A stretch of DNA of 33,237 nt from a virus (IMGVR_UViG_3300020045_002248:1-33237); one strand, 5' to 3'. Counted from the first letter of the stretch, positions 13,137-23,795 are shown. The notes: a model not told the origin generated them from the letters alone. Numbers and translations: made by a program.

Positions 13137-14799
13137 GCGCCTAACTGAAGCCGCCATTGCCAACATAGAGCAAAAGGCACAGCAGGCTAATGGTGATAGG
13201 CATTCTACTGTTTTTGGAGTTGTCCATCCTGACGGGACTCTTTTGCGCTCAATTGAGTGCATTGATGGAAGATGGGTGGAGGTTGATAAGCAGCCTACAA
13301 TTTACACCGCAGAAAAGCTTGAGCGAGCAATAACAACAGAAAAAAGGTTCGTAGTAATAATCGGTGGGAGGGGTTCTATGAAGTCGGTCGGAGTGATCGA
13401 CATTATGCTGTCTGGAATAGTTGACAGGGGGGATAAGGTTTATTTTCTCAGGGAGTATCAGGAGTCAATAAGCGATTCTGTGCACGCCCTAAACAAAGAT
13501 GAAATAGATAGGCTTAGTCTTGATGGGTTTACAATACAAGAGAATGCCATTTATCACAGCGGCGGCGGTATAGCTAAGTACAAGGGGCTATCAAGGAATC
13601 CTGCAAGCATAAAGTCTGCAGCCGGATTTCGTCGGTTCATGGTTGAGGAAGCGGCAACCCTTAGTGAAAACTCAATTACACAGTTAACACCTACGGCTAG
13701 GAAAAAGGCTAAGTTTGGCCTTCCAATGGATATAGCAAAGCAGGAGGATGAGGATGATATCTTTTCTGGCGTGCAAATGTTTTTTGTTGCCAACCCAAAT
13801 TCAAGCAGCGATCCATTTAGCGAAAGATTTATAGTCCCGTTTTTAGGTGACATAGAGTCAAATGGATACTATGAGGATGACCTTCACCTCATCATAAAAA
13901 TGAACTACGAGGACAACCCTTGGTATTCTTTGTCCGGTCTTGAGGATGAGCGGAAATTTGATTTTGAAAATAAGTCGAGAGCTAAATATGATCACATTTG
14001 GATGGGGGCATTCTTGGATACAGTACAGAACTCGATCATTGATGCGGCTTGGTTTGATGCGTGTATCGATGCTCACGAAAAATTGGGATGGAAAGCAGAA
14101 GGCCAAGAGAAGATGGCATTCGACCCTGCTGATAGTGGCGATGCTAAGGCGGTCGCTTACCAAGTCGGAACCGTGATCATGGGCGTTAAGCAAACCGAGC
14201 TTGGGGACGTAAATGATGCAACTGACTGGGCTTTGGGTATGTCTGCTAAGCTCAAGCCTGATGTGTTCATTTGGGATGCTACCGGTATTGGATTAAGTCT
14301 CAAGCGACAGATCAATGATGCGCTCAACGGCAAGAAAATTAAGGCTGAGCCGTTTTATAGCTCTGCTGGCACCGTTGACCCAACATATGAGTATGAAGCA
14401 ATCGAAGGAGAGATATGGGAGATAGGCAAGGAGAAAACCAACGGCGACCTATTTGCTAACCTTCGCGCACAAATGTACTGGAAGCTCAGAGACCGGATAT
14501 TCAAAACCTATCTGGCAGTAGAGAAGGGGCGCTACTACTCCCCTGACGAACTTATCTCATTCGGCAGCGGAATCAGTGAGCTAACCGCTCTCCGGTCTGA
14601 GATATGCCGCATACCAAGAAAGATGGGCGTAGCAAGTGGCAAGATACAAATACTCGACAAAGCAGCCATGAAATCACTGGGCATTAAATCGCCAAATATG
14701 GCCGACGCTGTTATGATGTTGCAATTACCCGTAGACGTATTCGGCGGCTACGATGACGATTACGAACCAGTCCGCACAAGCAGCGGGGAGTGGGCATGA
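13129..14799 (+). CDS. terL: terminase large subunit (PBSX/Terminase_3-like)
   Basis: Walker A GGRGSMKS, REYQ.SI..SV, Walker B FMVEEA, NP motif, NY.DNPW, nuclease FDPADSGD and SPNMADA. Confidence 0.93.
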   Translation: MRKRLTEAAIANIEQKAQQANGDRHSTVFGVVHPDGTLLRSIECIDGRWVEVDKQPTIYTAEKLERAITTEKRFVVIIGGRGSMKSVGVIDIMLSGIVDRGDKVYFLREYQESISDSVHALNKDEIDRLSLDGFTIQENAIYHSGGGIAKYKGLSRNPASIKSAAGFRRFMVEEAATLSENSITQLTPTARKKAKFGLPMDIAKQEDEDDIFSGVQMFFVANPNSSSDPFSERFIVPFLGDIESNGYYEDDLHLIIKMNYEDNPWYSLSGLEDERKFDFENKSRAKYDHIWMGAFLDTVQNSIIDAAWFDACIDAHEKLGWKAEGQEKMAFDPADSGDAKAVAYQVGTVIMGVKQTELGDVNDATDWALGMSAKLKPDVFIWDATGIGLSLKRQINDALNGKKIKAEPFYSSAGTVDPTYEYEAIEGEIWEIGKEKTNGDLFANLRAQMYWKLRDRIFKTYLAVEKGRYYSPDELISFGSGISELTALRSEICRIPRKMGVASGKIQILDKAAMKSLGIKSPNMADAVMMLQLPVDVFGGYDDDYEPVRTSSGEWA

Positions 14800-17060
14800 A
14801 GTCACTACTTAAATTTATTGGCAAGTCAAACATCACTGACGAGTTTAACGATGATCAGCTAAAGAAGATTGCTCAAGATGTAATCCGGCGATACGGTGAA
14901 GATTGGGATTCTATGAAGGAGTGGCGCGAGTGCATTCAGAAGGGCATGGACTTAATAAAGCCCAACTGGAACACAAAGAGCGAGCCTTGGGAGGGTGCTG
15001 CAAACTACCGCACTACGATCATTGCTGAGTCAGCTAACACATTTGGCAACCGTGCTGCCGTTGAGCTATTACGAATTCCTAAGCTGGTTAGCGCTTCTAT
15101 TGAGGGTGGCGAGACACTAAAGAATTACATTGACCGCAAGGCTAATGAAAACTCAAAGCTCAAGGCTGAGATTGATCAGTTGCAAGAGCAAGTTAAGGAA
15201 ATGCCGGAGCTGCAAGAGCCATTCAAGGCATTGACTGATAAGTTCAGCGAAAACCAAAAGATCATCACCGACAAGAAAATGTCACTGCGCAAACGCAACG
15301 AACGAGCTGCGCGGGTTGGCGAGTCACTGAACTACACTGTTGACGTAAAGATGAAGAACTGGCGCGAGAACAAAGAGCGCATGTTCTATCTGCTTCCTCC
15401 GCTCGGTTGCATCTTCACCAAGACCTATTACGATCCGATTTACGGCTGTCCGGTAACTGAGGATATTGGCCATTGTGACTTTGCTGTCAACCAAGCAACG
15501 AAAGACTTAGAGAGCTGCAGAAGCTTCACCCATGTTATTCCGTTCTCAAAGTCAGAGGCCGAGTATCGTATTGATGCTGGTATCTGGCGAGATGCGCCGT
15601 TGTATGCTGATAATGCTGATGCTGATGCGGGAAGTAATGAGGCGGAAGGCGCCAAGAAAACTTACGACAATTCCCAGAAATTCCTTGAGCAATACTGCTG
15701 GTTGGATGCTGATGATGATGGCGTTGAAGAACCCTATGTGGTTACCGTACACGAAGCATCACAAAACGTTGTGCGCATTGCTCCACGCTACTCATACGAT
15801 GGCATCCATGCATCACTGGAAGGATTCAAGCCTGACACCATTCTAAACCTGCAGGATAAGAGAACCGCAAAACTCAAAGAACTTGGATCTACTGAATTCC
15901 CTGACCCATATGATCTGAGCGAATACAGCCTGATCCGCGTATCCCCTATGGGAATCATCAACAAATACGGCCTATGCCCTGCATTGGATGGTACGTTCCT
16001 TGATTGGGGCTACTTCCATATCATTGGATCTAACGTGCTTGGGGTTAACAAGACCACTAACGATCTGCTTAACGCCGGTACGCTGTCAAACTTGCAGGGC
16101 GGTATTGTTGCTAAGGACTTCCGCATCAAGTCCGGTGCGTTTACGTTAAAGCCCGGAGAGTACAAGCAAACTGAAGTGCCAAGCCAGAACCTACAGGCAT
16201 CCATCCTCCCTTTGCCATACAAAGAGCCAAGCCCAACTCTGTATCAGCTCAACGAGAAGATGGAAGGCGCTGCGCGAGCGTTTGGGCAGTCTATCGATTT
16301 GGAGGGGCAGCTACAGGCCAATACCGCTCCAACCACCGCATTGGCAATGATCCAAGAGTCACTTGTTAAGCAAACTGCGCACAACTCAATGCTCGCCCGC
16401 TCAATGGGTCGCGAGTTCAACTACCTGCGCGCAATCATGCGTGACTACCTTGACAATGACGAGTACAAGGAAATCACCGCCGACGATGACGCGGATAAGG
16501 ATGCAGACTTTGACGAGAAAGGCCTGAAGATATCTTGCTCAGCTAATCCTGAGTTGGCTAGCCGTATGCAACGCATGATGACTGCCGAAGCTGAGATGGC
16601 ACAGATACCAATTGTTATGCAAGTCGGCGGTAACCCGATCCCAATCGTTAAGAGTTATTTCCGTCAAATTGGCTCAGAGAATACTGATGACGTATTCCCG
16701 AACGAAGCCGAAATGTCACCGGAAGAAAAACAGCAGCTTGAATCAATGCGTCAAGTTCAAGAACAAGCCAATCAAATGGCTCAAGCCCAGCTGCAGGCTG
16801 TACAACTTCAAACTGAATTGCTGAAGCGCGACCAAGACCGCAAAGACCAAGAATTCGCCGTTCAAGCCCAGAAAACAATGGGCGAGATGGCGAAGATGAT
16901 AGAGGAAATGCGCAAGCTACGCGCCGAGACTCTATTAACACAAGAGAAAGCAGAAACCGAAGCGGTGAACAATGGCATAGCTATCTACACCGCAGCTAGT
17001 GATCAACTAGACAAAGCCGAACAGGCATTAGGAGCACCAAGTGCCGAAAATATCGAGTGA
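14796..17060 (+). CDS. portal protein
   Basis: ~755 aa directly after terL; PWEGA.N, L.AGTLSNLQGG, PLPYKEPS.TL, P.T.LA...E motifs; Gln-rich coiled C-terminal barrel as in P22-like portals. Confidence 0.88.
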   Translation: MKSLLKFIGKSNITDEFNDDQLKKIAQDVIRRYGEDWDSMKEWRECIQKGMDLIKPNWNTKSEPWEGAANYRTTIIAESANTFGNRAAVELLRIPKLVSASIEGGETLKNYIDRKANENSKLKAEIDQLQEQVKEMPELQEPFKALTDKFSENQKIITDKKMSLRKRNERAARVGESLNYTVDVKMKNWRENKERMFYLLPPLGCIFTKTYYDPIYGCPVTEDIGHCDFAVNQATKDLESCRSFTHVIPFSKSEAEYRIDAGIWRDAPLYADNADADAGSNEAEGAKKTYDNSQKFLEQYCWLDADDDGVEEPYVVTVHEASQNVVRIAPRYSYDGIHASLEGFKPDTILNLQDKRTAKLKELGSTEFPDPYDLSEYSLIRVSPMGIINKYGLCPALDGTFLDWGYFHIIGSNVLGVNKTTNDLLNAGTLSNLQGGIVAKDFRIKSGAFTLKPGEYKQTEVPSQNLQASILPLPYKEPSPTLYQLNEKMEGAARAFGQSIDLEGQLQANTAPTTALAMIQESLVKQTAHNSMLARSMGREFNYLRAIMRDYLDNDEYKEITADDDADKDADFDEKGLKISCSANPELASRMQRMMTAEAEMAQIPIVMQVGGNPIPIVKSYFRQIGSENTDDVFPNEAEMSPEEKQQLESMRQVQEQANQMAQAQLQAVQLQTELLKRDQDRKDQEFAVQAQKTMGEMAKMIEEMRKLRAETLLTQEKAETEAVNNGIAIYTAASDQLDKAEQALGAPSAENIE

Positions 17061-17259
17061 TGAATTCGAGATCTGGAAAGAAAACGAAGTTACCAAAGCG
17101 CTAATTGCGCAGCTTGAGCTATCCATGCGGGAGACGCTTGAGACACCTATTGCCAGCTACGACCCAAATGTCGTGCTGTCATTAAACGCCGCCAAGAATG
17201 CGGCAGTCGATACCCTAGAGAAGATCCTAAATTGGAGTCCTGTAAATGAGTCAAAATAG
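17041..17259 (+). CDS. hypothetical protein
   Basis: GGAG RBS; F..W....VT small gene typical after this portal type. Confidence 0.7.
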   Translation: MPKISSDEFEIWKENEVTKALIAQLELSMRETLETPIASYDPNVVLSLNAAKNAAVDTLEKILNWSPVNESK

Positions 17260-17632
17260 CTACAAAACAAACGGCCACTATGTATTGGTCGAAGTGCTGG
17301 AAGTGAAGAACAAGAGTGCCGGAGGTATTTTGCTTGGTGACACCGAGCGCGAGCAGATGGCTTGCGAGTATGGGCGCATTGTTTCGTTTGGGCCTACTGC
17401 CTATATTGGGCTTAGTGGTTGTGATCCAGAAAAATACCCTCCACTTGACCCAAGATACAAAATGACACCCTATCAGCTATGGGGAGTTGATGTTGGCGAC
17501 CAAGTTCAATTCTCGAGAATGGAGGGGGTTATTGTGCGCGATCCTAACGGTCGCAACCTGCGGGCAATCCCAGACAATAGAATCATTGTTGGAATTGAAG
17601 GCGATATTGAGCTACACAAAGCAAAATTTTAA
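17246..17632 (+). CDS. groES: GroES/Cpn10-like co-chaperonin
   Basis: G.YVLVE.....KSAGGILL....E.....G.IV..GP.AY....VGD.V.F....G.. Confidence 0.8.
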   Translation: MSQNSYKTNGHYVLVEVLEVKNKSAGGILLGDTEREQMACEYGRIVSFGPTAYIGLSGCDPEKYPPLDPRYKMTPYQLWGVDVGDQVQFSRMEGVIVRDPNGRNLRAIPDNRIIVGIEGDIELHKAKF

Positions 17633-17647
17633 CAGAGGGCAAGCGCC

Positions 17648-18415
17648 ATGACAGACGAGCTAAATGATATTGATTTGCAGGAAGAAGATTTACCGGAAGT
17701 TAATACAGAAACAGTAGAAGAAAAACAGCCTGAGGTTGAATTACCTAAGGGCTACAAGACCAAAGAGGATTTGATTGCCGAGGGTAAAGACCCTAGCACT
17801 TGGTTGCCTCCCGAGGCATTCGCTGAGCGCAAAGAGCGGTTCAAGGTCGAGACCAAGTACCGCCGTGAGCTTGAGGATATGCGCAACCAAATGGCAAACC
17901 TCAATAAGTTCCACTCTCGCCAGCTTGAGATGACCAGATCGCAACTGGAGAAGCAGCGCGAAGATGCCGTATTAACTGCCGACCTGAAGGAAGTTAAGCG
18001 CCTTGATGGTGAGCTTGAGGATTTGAAGCAGGCTCAGCCGGTTCAGCAAGTGCAGAAGCTGCCAGAGGAAATTGAGTGGGAGGCAGAAAACGCATGGATT
18101 ATGAACCCTGATGACCCGCGCACCGCCATTGCCCAGCGCGTCTATGTTGAGCAAATCAATTCTGGCAAAACCATAGCTACCGCATTGCGCGCCGTTGATC
18201 GTGAGGTTGCAAAGCTATCTGATGCTCCAAGAGTTGAGCGTCGCCCATCTGCACCTGCCGCAGACTCCAGCAAGACGCCAGCGGCCAAGCGTGGAAATGA
18301 TGCGCCTACGGTTACTTGGGATAGCCTAAGTGCAGACGAGCAAGCAATTTATGATTCGTCAGTATGGCCGACAAAATCAGAGTTTCTAAAATCAGTGGCT
18401 AATAGCCGGAGATAA
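17648..18415 (+). CDS. scaffolding protein (putative)
   Basis: Acidic N-terminus, coiled-coil centre, W...N.W motif; between portal and capsid. Confidence 0.7.
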   Translation: MTDELNDIDLQEEDLPEVNTETVEEKQPEVELPKGYKTKEDLIAEGKDPSTWLPPEAFAERKERFKVETKYRRELEDMRNQMANLNKFHSRQLEMTRSQLEKQREDAVLTADLKEVKRLDGELEDLKQAQPVQQVQKLPEEIEWEAENAWIMNPDDPRTAIAQRVYVEQINSGKTIATALRAVDREVAKLSDAPRVERRPSAPAADSSKTPAAKRGNDAPTVTWDSLSADEQAIYDSSVWPTKSEFLKSVANSRR

Positions 18416-18417
18416 TT

Positions 18418-18882
18418 ATGACCAGAGAATCAAGAGCAAGAGAAGAACGCAGCACAGCCGATAAGACTTTGGCGTCTGCTGAAAACCTGCCGACCAACTT
18501 ACGCGGTAATCGTGACGCACCGCGCCAAGATGCTGGTGACATTGATTTGATCCTTGCCGTACCTGATGGAACTATTCCCGAGGGCTACACCGGTCACTGG
18601 TTCAACGAAGATAGAGTGCCGCAAAAACTTGCCGAGTGGTGGCTGCACGTTACCGATGCTGCTGGTAACAATATCGTCCGATCGCACAAGACCAAGAAAA
18701 TGTATCTCATGGCAATGGAGACCGCTGAGGTCAAAAAACTGGATGAATTGCGTGAGCGCCGCTACCGTGCTAGTATTGGCGAAACAGAGACCAGCGCTTT
18801 TGATGCGCGCGAAAAAGGTCTACTTGAAGATTACGAGCCAAGCGGCAACAAAACAAAAGTTTCGAAGGATATTTTCGACTAA
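18418..18882 (+). CDS. conserved head-module hypothetical protein
   Basis: IPEGY...W.N motif; GGAG RBS. Confidence 0.7.
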   Translation: MTRESRAREERSTADKTLASAENLPTNLRGNRDAPRQDAGDIDLILAVPDGTIPEGYTGHWFNEDRVPQKLAEWWLHVTDAAGNNIVRSHKTKKMYLMAMETAEVKKLDELRERRYRASIGETETSAFDAREKGLLEDYEPSGNKTKVSKDIFD

Positions 18883-18963
18883 CCTTCACACGCGACTCGG
18901 CAGACCTGCCGGAATGGAGCGAATGAGATTTAACATTCATTTACTTTATTTAGGAGGTCTGCC

Positions 18964-19518
18964 ATGCCCGGTGGATTCAAATGGGTCGGCTCGCTGAGTA
19001 ACGACCCGCACGGCAAAATTCGTACTTTCGATATTGCCTCATCTCACGCTACACGCCTTGCACCTGGTGACGTTGCTCGTATCACTGGAACCGCAAACGC
19101 AACCACTTACCTTCCTGGTGTCGATGCTGCAGCCGCAGGCCAATCGATTACTGGTGTTATCAATTCCTTTGAGCCTTCATTTGCAACTGAGTCATTTACT
19201 GACACCGGTCTGGCAGCTTCAACTGCTGGCACCGCGAAAGTAAACGATGACCCATTTGCACTGTATGAGGTTGATTGTTCTGCCACTCTTGCTGTAGCTG
19301 ATGTTGGTCTGAATGCGGATATTGTGGCTACTGCTGCAACCCAGTCAGGCGGTATCACTATCAGCAATATGACGCTGGACTCGTCCACCAAAGCGACTAC
19401 CGCTACCCTTCAATTCCGAATTGTTGGCCTTTTGGCTGACTCTGCCGGTGTTGTTGGTAACCGTGCGTTGGTAATGGTGAATAACTCAACTAACAAAGCT
19501 GGCGCAACGGGGGTATAA
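18964..19518 (+). CDS. capsid decoration/stabilising protein (putative)
   Basis: AGGAGG RBS; Ala/Thr/Gly-rich; GD.., V.DDP..LYEV, DVG.NA motifs; immediately before the capsid gene. Confidence 0.7.
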   Translation: MPGGFKWVGSLSNDPHGKIRTFDIASSHATRLAPGDVARITGTANATTYLPGVDAAAAGQSITGVINSFEPSFATESFTDTGLAASTAGTAKVNDDPFALYEVDCSATLAVADVGLNADIVATAATQSGGITISNMTLDSSTKATTATLQFRIVGLLADSAGVVGNRALVMVNNSTNKAGATGV

Positions 19519-19520
19519 CC

Positions 19521-20441
19521 ATGAGCACTAAAATTTCCAGTGGTTTAATCCCACGATTACTCCAAGAAGGCATCAACAAAGTTTTTGAGACCGGCACCAA
19601 AGAGTGGGCTCCGATCTATCCAAAACTGTTTGATGTTCAAGGCTCAAGCAAAGCTTACGAAATCGACCAGCACATGGAAGGTTTCGGTTTGGCATCTGAG
19701 AAGAAAGAGGGCGACGATATTACCTTTGACTCTCGTCGCCAAGGCTTTTCACCGAAGTACATTCACACCGCATACGCCAAGGGCTTTATCTTCACCAAAG
19801 AAGCCAATGACGACAAGCTGTACCCTCTTGCCATTAAAGGCGCTCGCAGCTTATTGCGCGCCATGAAGGTGACCAAAGAGGTTCGCTCTCATGTGCTGTA
19901 CAACACAGCGTTCGCTACTTCATCTGCCATGACTGGCGGTGATGGCGTGGCAATGTGTTCAACTGCGCATATCAATGGCCCAAGCGGCGGCACTTACTCA
20001 AACCGTCTTGCTGTTGATGCTGATTTCGCTGAGGCCTCTCTTGAGGATATGCTGAAGCTGATCATGCGCGCCACTGATGACCGTGGTTTAGCAATTAACC
20101 TGATGCCTAAGCGCTTGGTTGGTCATACCGATCAGCTGTTTGAGTTCGAGCGTGTTCTGAATTCAAGCTTGCGCAGTGGCACCGCAGAGAACGACCTGAA
20201 CGCAGTTAAAAAACTGAACATGATCCCTGACTATGTTGTTAGCCCATTCCTCACCGCCAATACCAAGGCGTGGTGGTTGCTGACTGACGCAGAAGAAGGC
20301 TTGAAGTTCTTTGATCGCGTTGCTATGGAGTTTGAAGAAGACACCAGCTTTACCAGTGGTGACTATCGTCATAAGTCATACATGCGCTTCAGTTCTGGTT
20401 ATTCAAACCCTCGCGGCATCTACGGTACATCTGGTCAATAA
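19521..20441 (+). CDS. major capsid protein (HK97 fold, Mu gpT-related)
   Basis: S.KAYE.....GFG.A..K.EG..I.FD, DG.A.CSTAH, D..G..I...P..L, ND.N, FLT....WWL.TD, R.S.G.SNPRG.YG. Confidence 0.9.
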   Translation: MSTKISSGLIPRLLQEGINKVFETGTKEWAPIYPKLFDVQGSSKAYEIDQHMEGFGLASEKKEGDDITFDSRRQGFSPKYIHTAYAKGFIFTKEANDDKLYPLAIKGARSLLRAMKVTKEVRSHVLYNTAFATSSAMTGGDGVAMCSTAHINGPSGGTYSNRLAVDADFAEASLEDMLKLIMRATDDRGLAINLMPKRLVGHTDQLFEFERVLNSSLRSGTAENDLNAVKKLNMIPDYVVSPFLTANTKAWWLLTDAEEGLKFFDRVAMEFEEDTSFTSGDYRHKSYMRFSSGYSNPRGIYGTSGQ

Positions 20442-20444
20442 TTG

Positions 20445-20465
20445 AAGGGGGAGCAATCCCCCTTT
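20445..20465 (+). terminator. hairpin/terminator after the capsid gene
   Basis: AAGGGGGA-GCAA-TCCCCCTT followed by a short T-run. Confidence 0.6.
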
Positions 20466-20483
20466 GCTCATTAGGAGTGATTC

Positions 20484-20882
20484 ATGACTACACGCTTCAA
20501 AACTGGTTTAGACGCTGCACCTGCAGACTACAACCGCACCGAAAAAGTATCTGGCAATAAGACTTTGGTTGCTGCTGATACTGGCAAGACTTTCCAAGTT
20601 AAATCCGGCACATCGATCTTTACACTTCCTGCTACCGCTGTTGGATTGGTTTACACCTTCCACTTCACCGGGCGTAATGCTGGTGGGCAGATTCAAGTGT
20701 CTCCTGTTGCTGCTGATGGTATTGCCGCTGTAGGTTCGGCAGTGGTCAATAAAGATTTGATCATGGCAACCGCAACAATCAAAGAAGGCGACTACGTTAC
20801 TATCGCATCTGGTGTTGGTGCTACTGGGGTTACTGCTTGGCACGTGACCGCACAGCGCGGAATCATCACCAAGGAGGCTTAA
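20484..20882 (+). CDS. virion structural protein
   Basis: AGGAG RBS; TL.AAD.GK....FTLPA...GL.Y.F motif of phage decoration/fibre domains. Confidence 0.7.
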   Translation: MTTRFKTGLDAAPADYNRTEKVSGNKTLVAADTGKTFQVKSGTSIFTLPATAVGLVYTFHFTGRNAGGQIQVSPVAADGIAAVGSAVVNKDLIMATATIKEGDYVTIASGVGATGVTAWHVTAQRGIITKEA

Positions 20883-20883
20883 T

Positions 20884-21201
20884 ATGGGTTCCAAGACCTA
20901 TGTTGAGGCTGATTGGGCGACCGGAAACGCAACCGCACCATTTCCACTCAATCACAAGCAAGATCAGCTTGCCTTGCAGATTGTTGTTACTGGGACTGTC
21001 GATTTTGACATTGAGTCCACTAACGCCGATTTGCAGGCTGGCGAGACTGCTAGCTGGCTGCCTGACAGCACAAACAGTGAAGGGATAACCGCTAGCAAGT
21101 GGCTAACCTTTAACGCTGTGCCTCGCTTTATCCGCATACTGGTAAACAGTGGCGGAACGGGCGCAACAATCAAGCTGATGTGGTCTCAAAATGTCTGCTA
21201 A
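20884..21201 (+). CDS. virion structural protein (beta-sandwich-like)
   Basis: AAGGAGG RBS; alternating beta pattern, PRFIRI.V.SG. Confidence 0.7.
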   Translation: MGSKTYVEADWATGNATAPFPLNHKQDQLALQIVVTGTVDFDIESTNADLQAGETASWLPDSTNSEGITASKWLTFNAVPRFIRILVNSGGTGATIKLMWSQNVC

Positions 21202-21421
21202 CGATCCTTGGACAATTTGCGATGCAAGCGGATTCAAATGCAAATTGTCCGAGACTCGTTTGCGGTGGGATGGGCGTAGAGTAAGGCATGATTTTTGGGA
21301 GCCTCGCCACCCGCAAGACAGAATCCGCACACCAAAAGAACAAAAGCCACCAAGAGACACCAGAACCGAGCAGGCAGACCCACCTGTGACGGTTGAGTTC
21401 ACTCAGGACATGATTATATGA
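21191..21421 (+). CDS. conserved head-completion region hypothetical protein
   Basis: ICD.SGFK.......WDG..V....WEPRHPQ motif. Confidence 0.75.
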   Translation: MSANDPWTICDASGFKCKLSETRLRWDGRRVRHDFWEPRHPQDRIRTPKEQKPPRDTRTEQADPPVTVEFTQDMII

Positions 21422-22320
21422 AGACCGCTGGCGATTTGATCCGCGAGGCCTTAAGGGCAGCAACCATTACCGGCACCGAATCGCCTGTGTCATCCAAAGA
21501 TTTTGCCATGGGGCAAGATCACCTTAATGATATTTTAAGAAACCTGCAGTCCGACCAAATCCATATGTGGTCTGAGACTGAGGCAACTATTCCAATGAAC
21601 CAAGGCCAGCGCGCCTATGTGTTCGGCACCGATCACGCCTTTACTGATTACGTTTACCGCACTGCATCCGCTGCATTGATTGGCGCGACTTTATTGAACA
21701 TCGGATCAAATGCCGGTGTTACTATTGGTGACAATATCGGGATTGAGCTATCGACCGGCGTCCGCCAGTGGACAACAGTTGATTCATTGTCCGGCATTGA
21801 TTCTGTCAACCTTGATGCCGCTCTACTTGCTGCTGTTAACGATTCAGCCACCGTTTACATTTACACCACTGGTATTGAGCAGCCAGTCCGCATTCTGTCC
21901 CTGAGATATTCCGATGGCGAAACCTATTCCGATATTCAAACATGGCAAATTACCCGCGACGACTATTACAATCTGACCGATAAGTCAGACACCGGATCAA
22001 TCAATCAATGGTATTTCTCTCGCCAACTGAATGCGGGCGTTTTGAATGTTTGGCCTACTGCTGATAACTGCAATCGGCTACTAAGAATTACCTTTATCAA
22101 GCCACAAGAGATTCCATCTGATCAGTCGGAAAATGTAGCGATCCCGCCCGAGTGGTATTTGGGGCTAAAATTCCAGTTGGCTGCTGATTTGGGGGTGACT
22201 TACGCTGTTGATGCTAATCGGTTGATGATCCTTGAGCAGAAAGCCGCAACGTACATGCAGAAAGCGCGTGACGCAGACCAAGAATTTACCAGTTTTTCAT
22301 TTGCACCGGATAACCTTTAA
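21418..22320 (+). CDS. head-tail adaptor (P22 gp4-like) with inserted domain
   Basis: TAGDLI..ALR...I.G......LN N-terminus; VWP; P.EW...L...LA..L...Y C-terminus. Confidence 0.7.
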   Translation: MKTAGDLIREALRAATITGTESPVSSKDFAMGQDHLNDILRNLQSDQIHMWSETEATIPMNQGQRAYVFGTDHAFTDYVYRTASAALIGATLLNIGSNAGVTIGDNIGIELSTGVRQWTTVDSLSGIDSVNLDAALLAAVNDSATVYIYTTGIEQPVRILSLRYSDGETYSDIQTWQITRDDYYNLTDKSDTGSINQWYFSRQLNAGVLNVWPTADNCNRLLRITFIKPQEIPSDQSENVAIPPEWYLGLKFQLAADLGVTYAVDANRLMILEQKAATYMQKARDADQEFTSFSFAPDNL

Positions 22321-23795
22321 TGCCGCGCACTGATATCCCTATTGCTGACGGTTTCTACCGTGATGAATCCCTTGCTATAAGCGCGAGAGAGTGCGTTAAC
22401 CTGTTTCCTCACCTTCCAGAGGGGCAATCTGCTACCACTGGCGCCTTAATCGGGTGTTCTGGCATTGAAGAAGTCTGCGACACCGCAGTAAACGCCTTCA
22501 ATCGTGGCGGATCTGAGCACAAAGACAAGGCTTACACCGTAAACGGGAACAAGCTTTGGCGTATTGACTTTGCCACTGACTCTTTTGGGGTTAGAACCTA
22601 TTCTGCTGTTGATGTGTCTGGCGCGGAAACGATAGAAGGCACAGCCAGGGTGTTTATGAGCAGCAATGGCGACCAATTGGTCATTGTTGCGCCTGACTAC
22701 GCCAATCAGTTCAATGCTTGGATTTACACAGAAGGTGGCGGACTGGTTCAAATCTCCGACTTGGATTTTGATGGGCCAGTTGCTGGTGTTAGTTATGCCT
22801 ATGGGTTTTTCCTATTCCCAAAGAAAGACTCCAACAAGTGGTTTATCTCTGACCTTCGGGATGGGTCGGCGTACATCGCAACAGACTTTGCCAGCGCCGA
22901 GTCTGACCCTGATCCAATTCAGGCAATCTCACCGCTTAACGGCGTTGTGTATGTGTTCGGTTCCAGAACGGTAGAGCCAAACCAAATCCTAACCGGTGTG
23001 GCTGAATTCCCATTTGAGGCTATCCCAACCGGCACCCAACAAAAGGGCTGTGTAGCCCCTGCCTCGCTCATAGAGGCCGATGGAAACCTTATCTGGATTG
23101 GCGCAGGCGAAAACGAACGCCCGTCAATTTACGCCACCAATGGAGGTCAGTCGGTTCGCATATCTACTGCGTCAGTTGACAACCTGATATTTGGTTTAGG
23201 TATTGAGCCTGTTCGCAATGCTTATGCCCTTAGGTGGGCTGAGCGCGGTCATGTATTTGTTTCATTCACCGTGCCAGGGGTTTGCACTATTGTTTATGAC
23301 CCAACTACAGGAAGGTGGCACCAAAGAGAATCATTAGACCGGTTCAAAAATGAACAGCCGTGGCGGGTAACGTGTATAATTGACGCCTATTCAGTACTGT
23401 TAGTTGGTGATGAGTTGTCCGGCATTATTGGCAGAATGAGCGACGACATTTTCTACGAGTATGACGAAGAAATACGGCGGAACTTCTCCACCGCTCCGAT
23501 TGATTCAGGTGGTCGCCCGTTCAGTATTTATCAGGTTCAGGCAGTAATGGAGACTGGTACCGCTCCGATCACCGGACAAGGCTCTGACCCAGTTTTAAAG
23601 ATGGAAGTTTCTCGCGATGGCGGTAGATCATTTGAGCCTGCAATATCACGAAACATCGGGAAAATCGGGGAGTACTATTCGCCAATCGTATTCCCACCAT
23701 TGGGTAGATTTGAAAGATCAGCTTGCTTCAGGTTTCTGATTAGCGAGCCAATCAAAGTAGTGTTTGTTAAAGCGGAGATGGAAGTCGGTGCGTAG
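22320..23795 (+). CDS. packaged-DNA stabilisation / tail nozzle protein (P22 gp10-like)
   Basis: CVNLFP, FASAESDPD.I, VFGS.TVE, GH.F..FT.P...T.VYD..T..WH.R, S.DGG..F, IG.IGEY. Confidence 0.85.
   Translation: MPRTDIPIADGFYRDESLAISARECVNLFPHLPEGQSATTGALIGCSGIEEVCDTAVNAFNRGGSEHKDKAYTVNGNKLWRIDFATDSFGVRTYSAVDVSGAETIEGTARVFMSSNGDQLVIVAPDYANQFNAWIYTEGGGLVQISDLDFDGPVAGVSYAYGFFLFPKKDSNKWFISDLRDGSAYIATDFASAESDPDPIQAISPLNGVVYVFGSRTVEPNQILTGVAEFPFEAIPTGTQQKGCVAPASLIEADGNLIWIGAGENERPSIYATNGGQSVRISTASVDNLIFGLGIEPVRNAYALRWAERGHVFVSFTVPGVCTIVYDPTTGRWHQRESLDRFKNEQPWRVTCIIDAYSVLLVGDELSGIIGRMSDDIFYEYDEEIRRNFSTAPIDSGGRPFSIYQVQAVMETGTAPITGQGSDPVLKMEVSRDGGRSFEPAISRNIGKIGEYYSPIVFPPLGRFERSACFRFLISEPIKVVFVKAEMEVGA

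Noticed and set aside
18896-18912. CGGCAG/CTGCCG hairpin upstream of the capsid-module genes
   Set aside because: Single short hairpin without a U-tract; insufficient to call a function.
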